This document shows positions 49,395 through 59,288 of a DNA stretch of 64,000 nt, in pieces. A program made the translations under genes and the position numbers. This DNA is from Endomicrobiales bacterium (GTDB lineage: Bacteria; Elusimicrobiota; Endomicrobiia; Endomicrobiales; JALOBY01). The stretch is taken from assembly GCA_963796955.1 (NCBI GenBank), contig CAWCNJ010000009.1, positions 1 through 64,000 of the forward strand, written 5' to 3'. The notes under the pieces were generated by a model, which worked only from the letters and a program-made list of their open reading frames with translations, had not been told where the DNA came from and made no database searches. Positions within the stretch are counted from its first letter, which is position 1. Each line of letters begins with the position of its first letter.

Positions 49395-50036
49395 GTGGGT
49401 TATATATACATGGATGAAAGCGGGGACTTGGGGTTTGATTTCTCCAAGGATGGTACGTCTGATTGTTTTGTAATTACATTTCTTTTTGTTAAAGATAAAA
49501 GGCCTGTTGAGAAGATTGTTAAAAGAGTCTTCGCAATGTTCTCTAAAAAACAGATAAGGCATCATTCAGGGGTGCTGCATTGTTACAAGGAGCATCCAAA
49601 AACAAGACAGCGAGTTTTAAAAGAGTTAGCGGGCAAAGATGTTAGTGTGATCTCGATTTATCTTAATAAGCATAAGGTCTATACGCAGCTGAAAGATGAA
49701 AAGCAAGTGCTCTATAATTATGTGGTGAATATCCTTCTTGACAGGGTATTTTCAAAGAAATTGTTAGGCAATTCCGGTGATATTGTGCTCGTAGCTTCCA
49801 GAAGGGAAACGAATAAGTTCTTGAATGAGAATTTCAAACAGTATCTTGAAAGGCAGGTTAAATTAAACCACAACGAACACATCAAAATAGAGGTAAAGAC
49901 GCCATCGGAGGAAAAATGTTTACAGGTGGTAGATTTTGCATGCTGGGCTATTTTTAGAAAGAGACAATGGAACGACAATTCTTATTACGAGCTTATTAGA
50001 ACAAAAGTTGTCGAAGAAAACCCATTATTCGCTTAG
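49395..50036 (+). CDS. DUF3800 domain protein
   Basis: N-terminal IYMDESGDLG and C-terminal LQVVDF; AT-richer than its neighbours. Confidence 0.85.
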   Translation: MGYIYMDESGDLGFDFSKDGTSDCFVITFLFVKDKRPVEKIVKRVFAMFSKKQIRHHSGVLHCYKEHPKTRQRVLKELAGKDVSVISIYLNKHKVYTQLKDEKQVLYNYVVNILLDRVFSKKLLGNSGDIVLVASRRETNKFLNENFKQYLERQVKLNHNEHIKIEVKTPSEEKCLQVVDFACWAIFRKRQWNDNSYYELIRTKVVEENPLFA

Positions 50037-50038
50037 AA

Positions 50039-50140
50039 ATGACAAAGCCTTGAGCGTTATTTGCGAGGAACCATACGGAACCCCACGCACAAGGACTTAC
50101 TCGTCACTATATTTGGAAACAAAGTAACCCTTAAAAGACA
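50039..50140 (-). ncRNA. candidate DUF3800-associated structured RNA
   Basis: Minus-strand promoter immediately upstream; nested stems that use G-U pairs on the minus strand. Confidence 0.55.
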
Positions 50141-50145
50141 ATAAC

Positions 50146-50174
50146 AGTATACGCAAACTTTTGTTGTATGTCAA
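50146..50174 (-). promoter_or_regulatory. sigma70 promoter pointing into the DUF3800 3' end
   Basis: Minus strand TTGACA, 17 bp spacer, TATACT. Confidence 0.7.
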
Positions 50175-50262
50175 GCACCTCAATAGCTGTTCCTCTTGTT
50201 TCGCGTTTTTGACAACACCTTCCTAAAAGATGTACAATTATGCCTGAAAATCAAGGAAATGT

Positions 50263-50835
50263 ATGAGCGACGGGATCAGGATAATAGCGGGGGAACTTCG
50301 CGGCCGCATCATCAAAACGCCTAAGGGCGAATTTGCTGTGCGGCCTATGCTGTCTCGTATCAAAAAGTCGCTTTTTGACATTTTGACCCCCTGCATCGGC
50401 GACGCTAAAATGCTGGACCTGTTCGCGGGCGTCGGCGGGGTGGGGATAGAGGCGTTATCTCGCGGGGCGGCGCACGTAACTTTTGTTGAGCTGGACACTA
50501 ATTTTAAGAAGCTTATTGAAGAGAATTTGAGAACGCTCGGGCTGGACAAACGGGCGGTGGTGCATCAGGCGGATGTGATGCACGCAGTGCAGTGGCTGAA
50601 AGGGCCTTTTGACATTGTTTTTTTTGGGCCGCCATATAAGGACGCGAACAGGGCACCTTTAGCGCTTACCAGCCCGACGCTTGCGGGGATAGCAGCCTCC
50701 GGCATGCTGGCCGATGGCGGCTTGATCGTAAGCCAGCGCGCGACCAAAGAAGCGGTCGCCGTTCCTGAACAGTTCGTCCTCGCACGCACTAAAGTTTATG
50801 ACGACACAACAATAGATTTTTACAAAAAGAAATAA
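50263..50835 (+). CDS. rsmD: 16S rRNA m2G966 methyltransferase
   Basis: RIIAG..RGR; LDLFAG.G..GIEALSRGA; PPY. Confidence 0.9.
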   Translation: MSDGIRIIAGELRGRIIKTPKGEFAVRPMLSRIKKSLFDILTPCIGDAKMLDLFAGVGGVGIEALSRGAAHVTFVELDTNFKKLIEENLRTLGLDKRAVVHQADVMHAVQWLKGPFDIVFFGPPYKDANRAPLALTSPTLAGIAASGMLADGGLIVSQRATKEAVAVPEQFVLARTKVYDDTTIDFYKKK

Positions 50836-50837
50836 CC

Positions 50838-51656
50838 ATGGCATCTTCTTCAGAAAACATTAACGGCCTTGGCGCCGATCCGGCGACGTACCAGATAAGC
50901 TATTCAAAGGTTGTCGCCTATAACTTTTGCCCGCAAAAATACCGGCTGGTTTTTGTGGAGCGGTGGTTTGCGCCGTCTAACCAGTATATTGCGCTTGGGC
51001 ATTCCATCCACAAAACGCTGGAACTTTTTCATTCCCGCAAGGGTATGGAATCCATTGACGACTTGCTGGAATGTTACAACGAGGCCTGGGTGAACGACGG
51101 CTTCACCACGCCTCAGGCAGCGCAGGAATATTTTGAGAAAGGCGAGCGCATGCTGGTCCGGTACTGGGAAGACAACCAGGACCGCAAGACCGAGATACTT
51201 TTTGTTGAAAAACATTTCGCATTCGACCTGAACGGCGTTAAACTGCGCGGCATTATAGACCGCATAGACCGCCACCCGGACGGCACGGTTGAGGTTATTG
51301 ACTACAAGACGCACAATGAAGTTTGGGAGCAGGATAAAGCCGATGCCGACCTTCAGCTGAGCGTATACCACATGGCCGCGCAAGACCTGCTCGGCGCGCC
51401 GCCAGATACGCTGACATATTATTTTCTTGCACATGGCAGAAGAGTCAGCACGCACAGAACGCCGGAACAAATAGAAGAAGCGTTGAAGGTAATTGCAAAG
51501 GCCAGGGAACAGATACTTTCTAAGAATTTCGTACCAAATACAGCTATGTGCCACCGTTGTGACTTTAGGGAAAAATGCCCGCACAGTATCGCTAAATCAC
51601 CGGAACCGGTGGAAAAGCCGGGCACGTTCAGTATCAAAGACCTTTTGGAGAGATAA
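50838..51656 (+). CDS. RecB-family PD-(D/E)XK nuclease with Fe-S-type Cys motif
   Basis: CP..Y; G..IH; RGIIDRID..IDYKT; QL..Y; CHRC.....C. Confidence 0.85.
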   Translation: MASSSENINGLGADPATYQISYSKVVAYNFCPQKYRLVFVERWFAPSNQYIALGHSIHKTLELFHSRKGMESIDDLLECYNEAWVNDGFTTPQAAQEYFEKGERMLVRYWEDNQDRKTEILFVEKHFAFDLNGVKLRGIIDRIDRHPDGTVEVIDYKTHNEVWEQDKADADLQLSVYHMAAQDLLGAPPDTLTYYFLAHGRRVSTHRTPEQIEEALKVIAKAREQILSKNFVPNTAMCHRCDFREKCPHSIAKSPEPVEKPGTFSIKDLLER

Positions 51657-52406
51657 ATGAGTAATATCACGGTGATCAAATTTGGCGGCAGCCTTGGGCA
51701 GAATGTTAAGGCGCTTTCTTCTTTTTGCAAAGATGTTGCAAAGCTTTCTAAAAAGGAGCCCGTTGTGCTGGTTCACGGCGGCGGTCCCGAGATAAACTCC
51801 TGGGTGGAAAGGCTCGGTTTGAAAGTAACATTTGTCAACGGCAGGCGCTATACTGATGAAGCGGTGCTTGAAGTCGTCGAGATGGTGTTAAGCGGCAAAG
51901 TAAACAAAGGTTTTGTGACATTGCTTAATAAACAGGGCTCGAAAGCCGTCGGAATATCCGCCAAAGACGGCAAGACCGCTGTCTGCAAACGGGTAAAGGA
52001 ACTGGGGCTGGTGGGTGAGCCTGCGAAGATAGATGTAACGCTTATAACCACGTTATTGAAGGCCGGTTTCCTGCCGGTGCTCTCAAGCGTGGGTGCGGAC
52101 GCGAAGGGGAATGTGTTGAATGTGAACGCCGATTCCCTCGCCATGGCGCTGGCCGGTGCTTTAAAGGCCCGACGATTGGTCTTAATGACGGATGTATGCG
52201 GCGTGCTGGACGCGCACAAACGCACGATACCTGCCATCAGGACGTGTCACGTAGGTTCTCTTATAAAAGACGGGATCGTTACGGGCGGTATGATACCAAA
52301 ATTGCAGGCCTGCGCGCTTGCCGTAAAGAATGGGATCAGGGAAGTGATAATTGCGGACGGATCCCGCGGGCTGAAGACTATAAGAGGAACGGTCATAAAA
52401 AAGTGA
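51657..52406 (+). CDS. argB: acetylglutamate kinase
   Basis: VIKFGG; VHGGGPEI; NVNAD; GGMIPK. Confidence 0.95.
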   Translation: MSNITVIKFGGSLGQNVKALSSFCKDVAKLSKKEPVVLVHGGGPEINSWVERLGLKVTFVNGRRYTDEAVLEVVEMVLSGKVNKGFVTLLNKQGSKAVGISAKDGKTAVCKRVKELGLVGEPAKIDVTLITTLLKAGFLPVLSSVGADAKGNVLNVNADSLAMALAGALKARRLVLMTDVCGVLDAHKRTIPAIRTCHVGSLIKDGIVTGGMIPKLQACALAVKNGIREVIIADGSRGLKTIRGTVIKK

Positions 52407-52414
52407 GAACTGAT

Positions 52415-53587
52415 ATGATAAAAAATGAAAAGAAATATATTCTGCAAACCTATAAAAGAAATCCGTTGCTGATCGTTAAAGGTAAAGATAAATTTGTCTG
52501 GGATGATACCGGTAAAAAATACCTGGACATGTTCTCGGGGCTGAGCGTCTGCAACGTGGGCCACAGCAATCCGAAAGTAGTATCGGCGATAACGGAGCAG
52601 GCGAAAAAATATCTGCATACTTCAAACCTGTACTACACTGAGCCGCAGATAAAACTCGCTCAGCAGCTGATCGGGCTTAGTTTTCCCGGGAAGGTCTTTT
52701 TCTCCAACTCCGGGGCCGAGGCGAACGAATGTGCGATAAAGGCTTCCAGAAGAATGGGGCAGGGCAGGTATGAGATCATAGCCTTCAACGAATCTTTTCA
52801 CGGCAGGACCATGGGCACTATTTCGGCTACCGGTCAGGAAAAATTCCATAAGGGCTTCCACCCGCTGCTGCCCGGTTTTGTGTTCGCTGATTTCAATGAC
52901 CTGGACTCTGTGAAAAGGCTGATCAATAAAAAGACCGCCGCGATACTGGTTGAGCCGGTGCAGGGCGAGGGCGGCGTTAACGTAGGCACAAAGACGTTCC
53001 TGAAAGGCTTAAGGCAGCTGGCGGACAAGCACAACCTAACGCTGATATTTGACGAGGTCCAGACGGGTCTTGGCAGGACCGGTAAGATATTTGCCTTCGA
53101 GCATTCAAGCGTAAAGCCCGATATCGTCACCCTAGCTAAAAGCCTGGGCGGCGGCTTACCGATCGGCGCGACGATCCTCTCAAAGAAATGCGAGAACGCC
53201 CTTGGCGCGGGCGACCATGCCTCTACCTTCGGCGGTAATCCGGTTTCATGCGCGGCCGCTCTTGCAGTGCTCTCGTTACTTGATAAGAAAATGCTTAAGC
53301 ATGTGCAGCAGCTTGGCGAATATTTCCTTGAGCAGCTGGCGGGGTTGATAGCGAAATATCCCTTCGTAAAGTCCGCAAGGGGAACGGGTCTGATGATCGG
53401 CCTTGAACTGGATTTCCCGGGCGCCGGGATAGTAGATTATTTCAGGCAGCAGGGCGTGCTGATAAATTGCACGCATAATACCGTGCTCAGGTTCCTGCCG
53501 CCGTTCACCATTACCAGGGCGGATGTGGACCTTACGGTCAAATTGCTGGACAAAGCTTTTAAGCTTCACGCTGACAATAAACTATAG
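52415..53587 (+). CDS. argD: acetylornithine aminotransferase
   Basis: NSGAEANE; FHGRT; EPVQGEGG; DEVQTG; AKSLGGG. Confidence 0.93.
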   Translation: MIKNEKKYILQTYKRNPLLIVKGKDKFVWDDTGKKYLDMFSGLSVCNVGHSNPKVVSAITEQAKKYLHTSNLYYTEPQIKLAQQLIGLSFPGKVFFSNSGAEANECAIKASRRMGQGRYEIIAFNESFHGRTMGTISATGQEKFHKGFHPLLPGFVFADFNDLDSVKRLINKKTAAILVEPVQGEGGVNVGTKTFLKGLRQLADKHNLTLIFDEVQTGLGRTGKIFAFEHSSVKPDIVTLAKSLGGGLPIGATILSKKCENALGAGDHASTFGGNPVSCAAALAVLSLLDKKMLKHVQQLGEYFLEQLAGLIAKYPFVKSARGTGLMIGLELDFPGAGIVDYFRQQGVLINCTHNTVLRFLPPFTITRADVDLTVKLLDKAFKLHADNKL

Positions 53588-53600
53588 AAAAGGATAGATC

Positions 53601-54806
53601 ATGGCAAATCCGAAGAAGATCGTCGTCGCGTATTCAGGCGGGCTGGACACCTCCGTTATCTTGCGCTGGCTGAAAGAAAAATACGGCTCGGAGATAATAG
53701 CGGTGGCGATAGATGTGGGACAGGGCAAGGAACTTGCCCCGTTGCGCGCCAAAGCCCTTAAGACCGGCGCCGATAAATATTACGTCGTGGATGCCAGAAA
53801 AGAATTCGTGACCGATTATATTTTCCCGGCGATAAAGGCGCACGCCCTGTATGAAGGGAAATACCTGCTCGGCACCTCGCTGGCCCGCCCGGTCATAGCT
53901 GAAAAGATCGTAGAAATATGCCGCAAGGAAAAAGCTGATGCCGTCTGCCACGGCGCAACCGGTAAAGGCAACGATCAGGTGCGTTTCGAGCTGACCTTTA
54001 AAGCGCTTATGCCGGAACTTAAAATAATCGCGCCCTGGCGCGAGTGGGAATTCAAATCCCGTGAAGACGAGATAGAGTACGCAAAAAAGCACGGCATTCC
54101 GGTGCCGGTCACAAAGGCAAAGCCGTATTCGTCTGACGCTAACTTGTGGCATATATCGTACGAGGGCGGCATTCTTGAAGACCCTGCTAATGAATACGAT
54201 GAATCCATGTTCGCTATGACGGTCTCACCTGAAAAGGCGCCCGCAAAACCTGCGTACGTTACGATTGATTTTGTGAAGGGCATTCCGGTTGCCGTCAACA
54301 AAAAGAAACTGGAGCCCGTAAAGCTGATAGAGACGCTCAACAAGATCGTCGGAGCCCATGGTATAGGCCGCGTTGATATCGTCGAGAACCGCCTTGTGGG
54401 AATGAAATCGCGCGGTGTCTATGAAGCGCCAGCGGCAACAGCCCTGTACTTTGCCCACCGTGAACTTGAATATCTGTGCCTTGACCGTGATACTTTCCAT
54501 TACAAGGAACAACTTGGCCCCAAATATGCCGAGATGGCCTACAACGGTCTTTGGTTCGTGCCTCTCAGGGAAGCCTTGGATGCATTTGTTGACAAGACTC
54601 AGGAACCGGTGACCGGTTCTGTGAAATTGAAGCTGTATAAAGGCAACATCGAAGTTTTCAGCCGCTTGAGCAAGAATTCTCTCTATTGGGAAAAACTTGC
54701 GACATTCGGCGAGGAAGATATTTATAACCAGCGGGATGCTGAAGGGTTTATTAATTTGTTTGGCTTGCCATTGAAAGTAAGGGCGATCTTGAACGGCAAG
54801 AGGTAA
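53601..54806 (+). CDS. argG: argininosuccinate synthase
   Basis: [23 protein letters not shown]. Confidence 0.97.
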   Translation: MANPKKIVVAYSGGLDTSVILRWLKEKYGSEIIAVAIDVGQGKELAPLRAKALKTGADKYYVVDARKEFVTDYIFPAIKAHALYEGKYLLGTSLARPVIAEKIVEICRKEKADAVCHGATGKGNDQVRFELTFKALMPELKIIAPWREWEFKSREDEIEYAKKHGIPVPVTKAKPYSSDANLWHISYEGGILEDPANEYDESMFAMTVSPEKAPAKPAYVTIDFVKGIPVAVNKKKLEPVKLIETLNKIVGAHGIGRVDIVENRLVGMKSRGVYEAPAATALYFAHRELEYLCLDRDTFHYKEQLGPKYAEMAYNGLWFVPLREALDAFVDKTQEPVTGSVKLKLYKGNIEVFSRLSKNSLYWEKLATFGEEDIYNQRDAEGFINLFGLPLKVRAILNGKR

Positions 54807-54866
54807 GGTCGTCATTTCGGGCTTCGTGTACAGTCCTAACGCGAAAAACGTTACAAAGGGGAGCAC

Positions 54867-56195
54867 GTGGACATAAATAAAGATTTTATCGGATCGTTCG
54901 CTTTCGACGTGCGGCTTGCACAGTATGATATCGCCGGTTCTCTGGCTCATGTGAAAATGCTTGAGCACCAAAAGATAGTGCCTGTGGGCGATTGTACGAA
55001 GATCACGAAAGGTCTTACCTCAATATCACAGGATATCCAGAAAGGATGGAAACTGCCGGCAGAAGAAGATATCCATTACGCGATCGAGAAGGAACTTATC
55101 CGTCGCATTGGCCCTGTCGGCGGCAAGATGCACACCGCCCGCAGCCGCAATGACCAGGTAGCCCTTGATCTGCGCCTGTACGTTTATGATGCGATAGAAA
55201 CGATAAGCGGACTATTGGCGAACCTTCAAAGTTCTATTGTGGAGCTCGCCTCAGCCAATCAAAAAACCGTCATGCCGGGTTACACCCATCTTCAGCCCGC
55301 CCAGCCGGTGTTGTTCGCCCATTATATCCTTGCTTATGCCTGGATGTTCCAGCGCGACAGGGAACGGCTTGCTGACTGCCTTACGCGCGTTAATATACTG
55401 CCGCTCGGCAGCGCGGCTCTGGCAGGCACTTCTTTTCCCATTGATCGCCAGTTCGTTGCGAAACAACTGGGTTTTAGCGGTGTTTGTGATAATTCTATGG
55501 ATGGGGTCAGTGACCGCGATTTTGCGATAGAATTTCTTTCTGCCGGCGCCGTGATCGGTATGCACTTATCCAGAATGTGCGAAGAACTTATTGTCTGGTC
55601 CAGCGCGGAATTCAATTTTATCCGCATCAGCGATGAGTTTACTTCAGGTTCATCGATCATGCCGCAGAAGCGTAATCCTGATGTCGCGGAAATAATCCGC
55701 GGTAAAACCGGCCGGGTATACGGAAATCTTACCGCCCTCCTCACTTTAATGAAAGGCATTCCGCTTGCCTACAACCGGGATATGCAGGAAGATAAGCCGC
55801 CTGTCTTCGATACGGTCGACACTTTGACAGCCGCGCTTACTGTTGCTGCTCAAATGATGGCTGAGCTAAAGGTGAATGCCGGCGCTATGAAAAAAGCCAC
55901 GGAACGCGGCTTTATCTGCGCCACTGAGCTCGCTGATTATCTTGCCCGGAAAAACGTTCCATTCCGCGAGGCTCATGGAATAGTAAAAGCGATAGTCGCT
56001 CATTGCCAGGCGCAGGGAATAGCGCTTGCGGCTTGTTCTCTTGAGACGCTAAAAAAATTCTCGAAAGTTTTTGAAAAAGACGCCCTGCTCTGTCTTTCTA
56101 CTGAAACGGTGGTGACGGTCAAAACATCCGCAGGCGGCACCGCGCCCCGCTCGGTCGCGAAACAGATCAATGATCTAAGGAAACTGCTGAAATGA
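54867..56195 (+). CDS. argH: argininosuccinate lyase
   Basis: HTARSRNDQ; GSSIMPQKRNPD. Confidence 0.97.
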   Translation: MDINKDFIGSFAFDVRLAQYDIAGSLAHVKMLEHQKIVPVGDCTKITKGLTSISQDIQKGWKLPAEEDIHYAIEKELIRRIGPVGGKMHTARSRNDQVALDLRLYVYDAIETISGLLANLQSSIVELASANQKTVMPGYTHLQPAQPVLFAHYILAYAWMFQRDRERLADCLTRVNILPLGSAALAGTSFPIDRQFVAKQLGFSGVCDNSMDGVSDRDFAIEFLSAGAVIGMHLSRMCEELIVWSSAEFNFIRISDEFTSGSSIMPQKRNPDVAEIIRGKTGRVYGNLTALLTLMKGIPLAYNRDMQEDKPPVFDTVDTLTAALTVAAQMMAELKVNAGAMKKATERGFICATELADYLARKNVPFREAHGIVKAIVAHCQAQGIALAACSLETLKKFSKVFEKDALLCLSTETVVTVKTSAGGTAPRSVAKQINDLRKLLK

Positions 56196-57370
56196 AAAGG
56201 ATCCCTGTTGTTCTCGCTTCTCTTTTTATCGCATCCGTTGTTTTCGCCCAGAACGCTGAAAAAGTCATGTCGCTGGACGAGAGCGTCTCCCTGGGCCTGA
56301 AGAATAATCAGACATTGCTTGCCCTGCTTGAACGGGTGCAGTTGTCGGAAGAGCGCGTCACCGAAGCAAAATCCAACATCCTTCCTAAAATAGATCTGAA
56401 TTTCAATGCCTCGGAGTTCGACAATCAGGCGTCACCCAGTATCTTGTCGCCGTCGTTCGATTCGGTCTATCTGCCCCAGAACAAAAGCGATCAGTACTTC
56501 TCGACGCGCCTTTCCATGTGGCAGTTCCTCTACAACGGCGGCCGCTACACGACAACGATAACGCTCGCCGAGACCAACCTGTCCCAGGCGACCAGTGAAG
56601 CAGAAATAGAGCGCAATGCGGTGACCAGGGATATAAAGCTCGCGTACTATGAATTTCTCGCACAGAGCGAACGCGTGAAGGCGTACGAAGCGTCGTTGGC
56701 TCAGGCGCAAAAGGGACGGACATCCGCGGAAGAGATCAGCTCGCTCCAACATGGCCTGCTTGCTGAGAAACACAATCTGGGAAAAGTCCGGCTTCGGTAC
56801 CTGTCCGCCATAGGCATGGAACTTACCGCCGAGGTTGAGGTCAAGGGTATGCTGTGCGCGCCCTATGGCGCCCTTGATGTCGATAAGGGTATTGCCTGGG
56901 CGTTTCAATACCGGCCCGAACTGCGCCAGACCCAATTCCAGGAAAAGATCGATTCTCTCCGGGTCAACCTTTCCCTGACGGAAAGGCTGCCTACCATCAG
57001 CCTGGGCGCCAATTATGAGTGGGTCGGCGACCAGTTCCCGTTAAGCCAGAAGAATTGGAACACCACGATCAATTTCAACGTGCCGATCTTCGACGGCTGG
57101 GCAACCTGGTCCCGCATTAAGCAGCACCGTATCCAGACCCGGGAAGCGAAGATCAGGCGGGCTGCGATCGAGGATCAGGTGCGCCTTCAGGTGCGGGATG
57201 CCTCGCTCGATTACGAATTTTGGAAAGGACAGTGTTCCGCTATTGATGAATTAACAACACCCGACATCCAAAAGGGCCTCCAGAATAAATTGCAAAATAT
57301 CGAGATACTTAAAGAATCGCTCAAAGCTCAATCCGTGCTTGAATGGACTGTCGGCACGAGCCTTAAATAA
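56192..57370 (+). CDS. TolC family outer-membrane efflux protein
   Basis: Signal peptide; LPKIDL, LPTISL and PIFDG repeats. Confidence 0.8.
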   Translation: MKRIPVVLASLFIASVVFAQNAEKVMSLDESVSLGLKNNQTLLALLERVQLSEERVTEAKSNILPKIDLNFNASEFDNQASPSILSPSFDSVYLPQNKSDQYFSTRLSMWQFLYNGGRYTTTITLAETNLSQATSEAEIERNAVTRDIKLAYYEFLAQSERVKAYEASLAQAQKGRTSAEEISSLQHGLLAEKHNLGKVRLRYLSAIGMELTAEVEVKGMLCAPYGALDVDKGIAWAFQYRPELRQTQFQEKIDSLRVNLSLTERLPTISLGANYEWVGDQFPLSQKNWNTTINFNVPIFDGWATWSRIKQHRIQTREAKIRRAAIEDQVRLQVRDASLDYEFWKGQCSAIDELTTPDIQKGLQNKLQNIEILKESLKAQSVLEWTVGTSLK

Positions 57371-57378
57371 GGGGCATT

Positions 57379-58329
57379 ATGCGCCGGTTACTAGCTTGGC
57401 TCCTGTGCGCCGTTCTTCTCAATTCTCTCCTTGTCGTGCCGTCTATCGCTATCGATGAAAAGCGGGTTCTGACGGATTACCTGTGGTTCCGGTTCGGCCG
57501 GCTGCCTGCAGCCGAGCGCCCGCGAGTGGCCGTCGCATTAGGCGGCGGCGGCGCGCGCGGCATGGCGCATGTGGGCGTGCTCGAGGTCTTTCAGGAAAGC
57601 CGGATCCCTATCGACATTATCACAGGGACCAGTGTGGGAGCCCTGGTAGGCGCGCTCTATTCGGCGGGAACGCCGTTGGACGAAATGGAAAACATGGCCG
57701 AGAACGTAGGCTGGAACGAGCTGTCCGACTTTTCGGGCACCACCCGTATACGGCTGTTGCTGGGAGGGTCGCTCCTGTCCAGCAAAAAAATGGAAAGATA
57801 TATCGCCGCAACGATCGGGGAAAAGCGTTTTTACAACCTGAACATTCCTTTCGCCTGCGTGGCCACGGACCTGGTGACGGGCGAGCGCGTGATATTCCGC
57901 GACGGAGAAGTAGCCCTTGCCGCCCGCGCCAGCGCAACGGTGCCCGGGTTGTTCGATCCGGTGGAATACCGGCACCGGTTCCTTGTCGACGGCGGGATAC
58001 TCGATAATATCCCGACCGATGTGGCGCGCCTGATGGGCGGCGAATATATAATCGCTGTTTCCGTTAACGGTGATTTCTCACGGCAGGCTATTGCAAGCGT
58101 TTTCAGAGTGCTGGTGCAGTCTATATCGATACAGGGCAAGGTGCTGGACGATGAACGGCTGAAGGACGCGGATTATGTGGTCTCACCGCAGGTCGGCACC
58201 GTTTCCGCCGTAGATCTTGGACGTTCCCATGAATGCATAGATGCCGGCGTTTCCGCCGCCTGGCAGGCCGTGCCGGGAATAAAACGAACGCTGCTTGACC
58301 GGACCACCATAGGATACCTGCTCAGATGA
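57379..58329 (+). CDS. patatin-like phospholipase
   Basis: GGGGARG; GTSVG; DGG. Confidence 0.92.
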   Translation: MRRLLAWLLCAVLLNSLLVVPSIAIDEKRVLTDYLWFRFGRLPAAERPRVAVALGGGGARGMAHVGVLEVFQESRIPIDIITGTSVGALVGALYSAGTPLDEMENMAENVGWNELSDFSGTTRIRLLLGGSLLSSKKMERYIAATIGEKRFYNLNIPFACVATDLVTGERVIFRDGEVALAARASATVPGLFDPVEYRHRFLVDGGILDNIPTDVARLMGGEYIIAVSVNGDFSRQAIASVFRVLVQSISIQGKVLDDERLKDADYVVSPQVGTVSAVDLGRSHECIDAGVSAAWQAVPGIKRTLLDRTTIGYLLR

Positions 58330-59212
58330 AATTAAGAACGCTCATTATGGTGCCGTTGCTTAGCGCTGCACTCTTTTTACCGGCGTACTGCGATGATACC
58401 GCCGCGCTGCGCCAAATGATCGATACCGTCAAAACAGCTTCAAAGGCTTACCCGCTCTGGCTCGAGTACGGGGCGGCTCTCAGCGCTCAGAACGACTATG
58501 CGGGCGCCATTGAAGCGTATAAGAACGCGGTCAAACTTCGCCCAAAGAAAATCGACGGCCGTCTGCTGCTCGCGGCTGCTTTTGAACGCGCCGAGCTGTT
58601 CGATCAGGCGATAACAGAATATCTGTCTGCGCTTGAACGCGACCCTAAGTCGTATGACTCACTGATGCGGCTTGCAGCGCTCTATCTGAGGGAGGGCTTT
58701 AGCAGCAAAGCGATGGAATGTTATATAAAGGCCCTTACGCTCCGCCCGGATACCGAAACGTACAGACAGACCGCCCAATGTGCCGAGAATATGGGAGATC
58801 TTGAGTTGGCGGCGTCAATGCTGCGGCAGGTACTTTCAAAAGAAAGCCGTTACGACGATAACTATAACGTCGGCCGGGTGTTGACCCTTTTGGGCGAACA
58901 TACGGAGGCTGAAAAATATTTGTCAGAGGCTATACGCATAAACCCGGGCATGCCGGATGCCTATCTGTTGCTTGGCCTGTTGTATGAAAAAATGGACAAT
59001 TACACTCTGGCTGAAAAGATGCTTTCGATCGCACGGGAAAAAGCGCCCAGGAAGGGATCATCTATTTCTTCCTTGCCCAGCTGTATCACCATCAAAATGA
59101 CCGTGCCCGGGCCCTTGAAGAGATAGCCCAATGCCGTAAGCTCGCAAAAACCGAAATGCTGAAAGACTACAGTGAAAGGTTCCAGGCACTATTGGCAGTA
59201 GAAAAACATTAA
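58326..59212 (+). CDS. exported TPR protein (frameshift near 59047)
   Basis: Tandem TPRs; one extra C restores a further TPR ending at TAA 59212. Confidence 0.8.
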
Positions 59213-59229
59213 AATTTGTTGTCCATAGT

Positions 59230-59268
59230 AAAAAATACCGGGCGGTTTTCTCCGCACGGTATTTTTTT
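59230..59268. terminator. bidirectional intrinsic terminator
   Basis: AAAAAATACCG.GCGG/CCGC.CGGTATTTTTTT between convergent genes. Confidence 0.75.
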
Positions 59269-59288
59269 ATTTGTCGTAGTGATCGCTT

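Noticed and set aside
49936..50127. 63-aa ORF overlapping the DUF3800 3' end
   Set aside because: No SD or motif; the region is better explained by the minus-strand structured RNA.
2668..59048. Five split genes (M23 ~2668, FAD reductase ~32755, AmrA ~38130, small ORF ~45762, TPR ~59047) as pseudogenes or programmed frameshifts
   Set aside because: Four are repaired by adding one base to a short homopolymer and the fifth by removing one base. Both halves look intact and no slippery heptamer is evident, so sequencing error is most likely. Short-read mapping would settle it.
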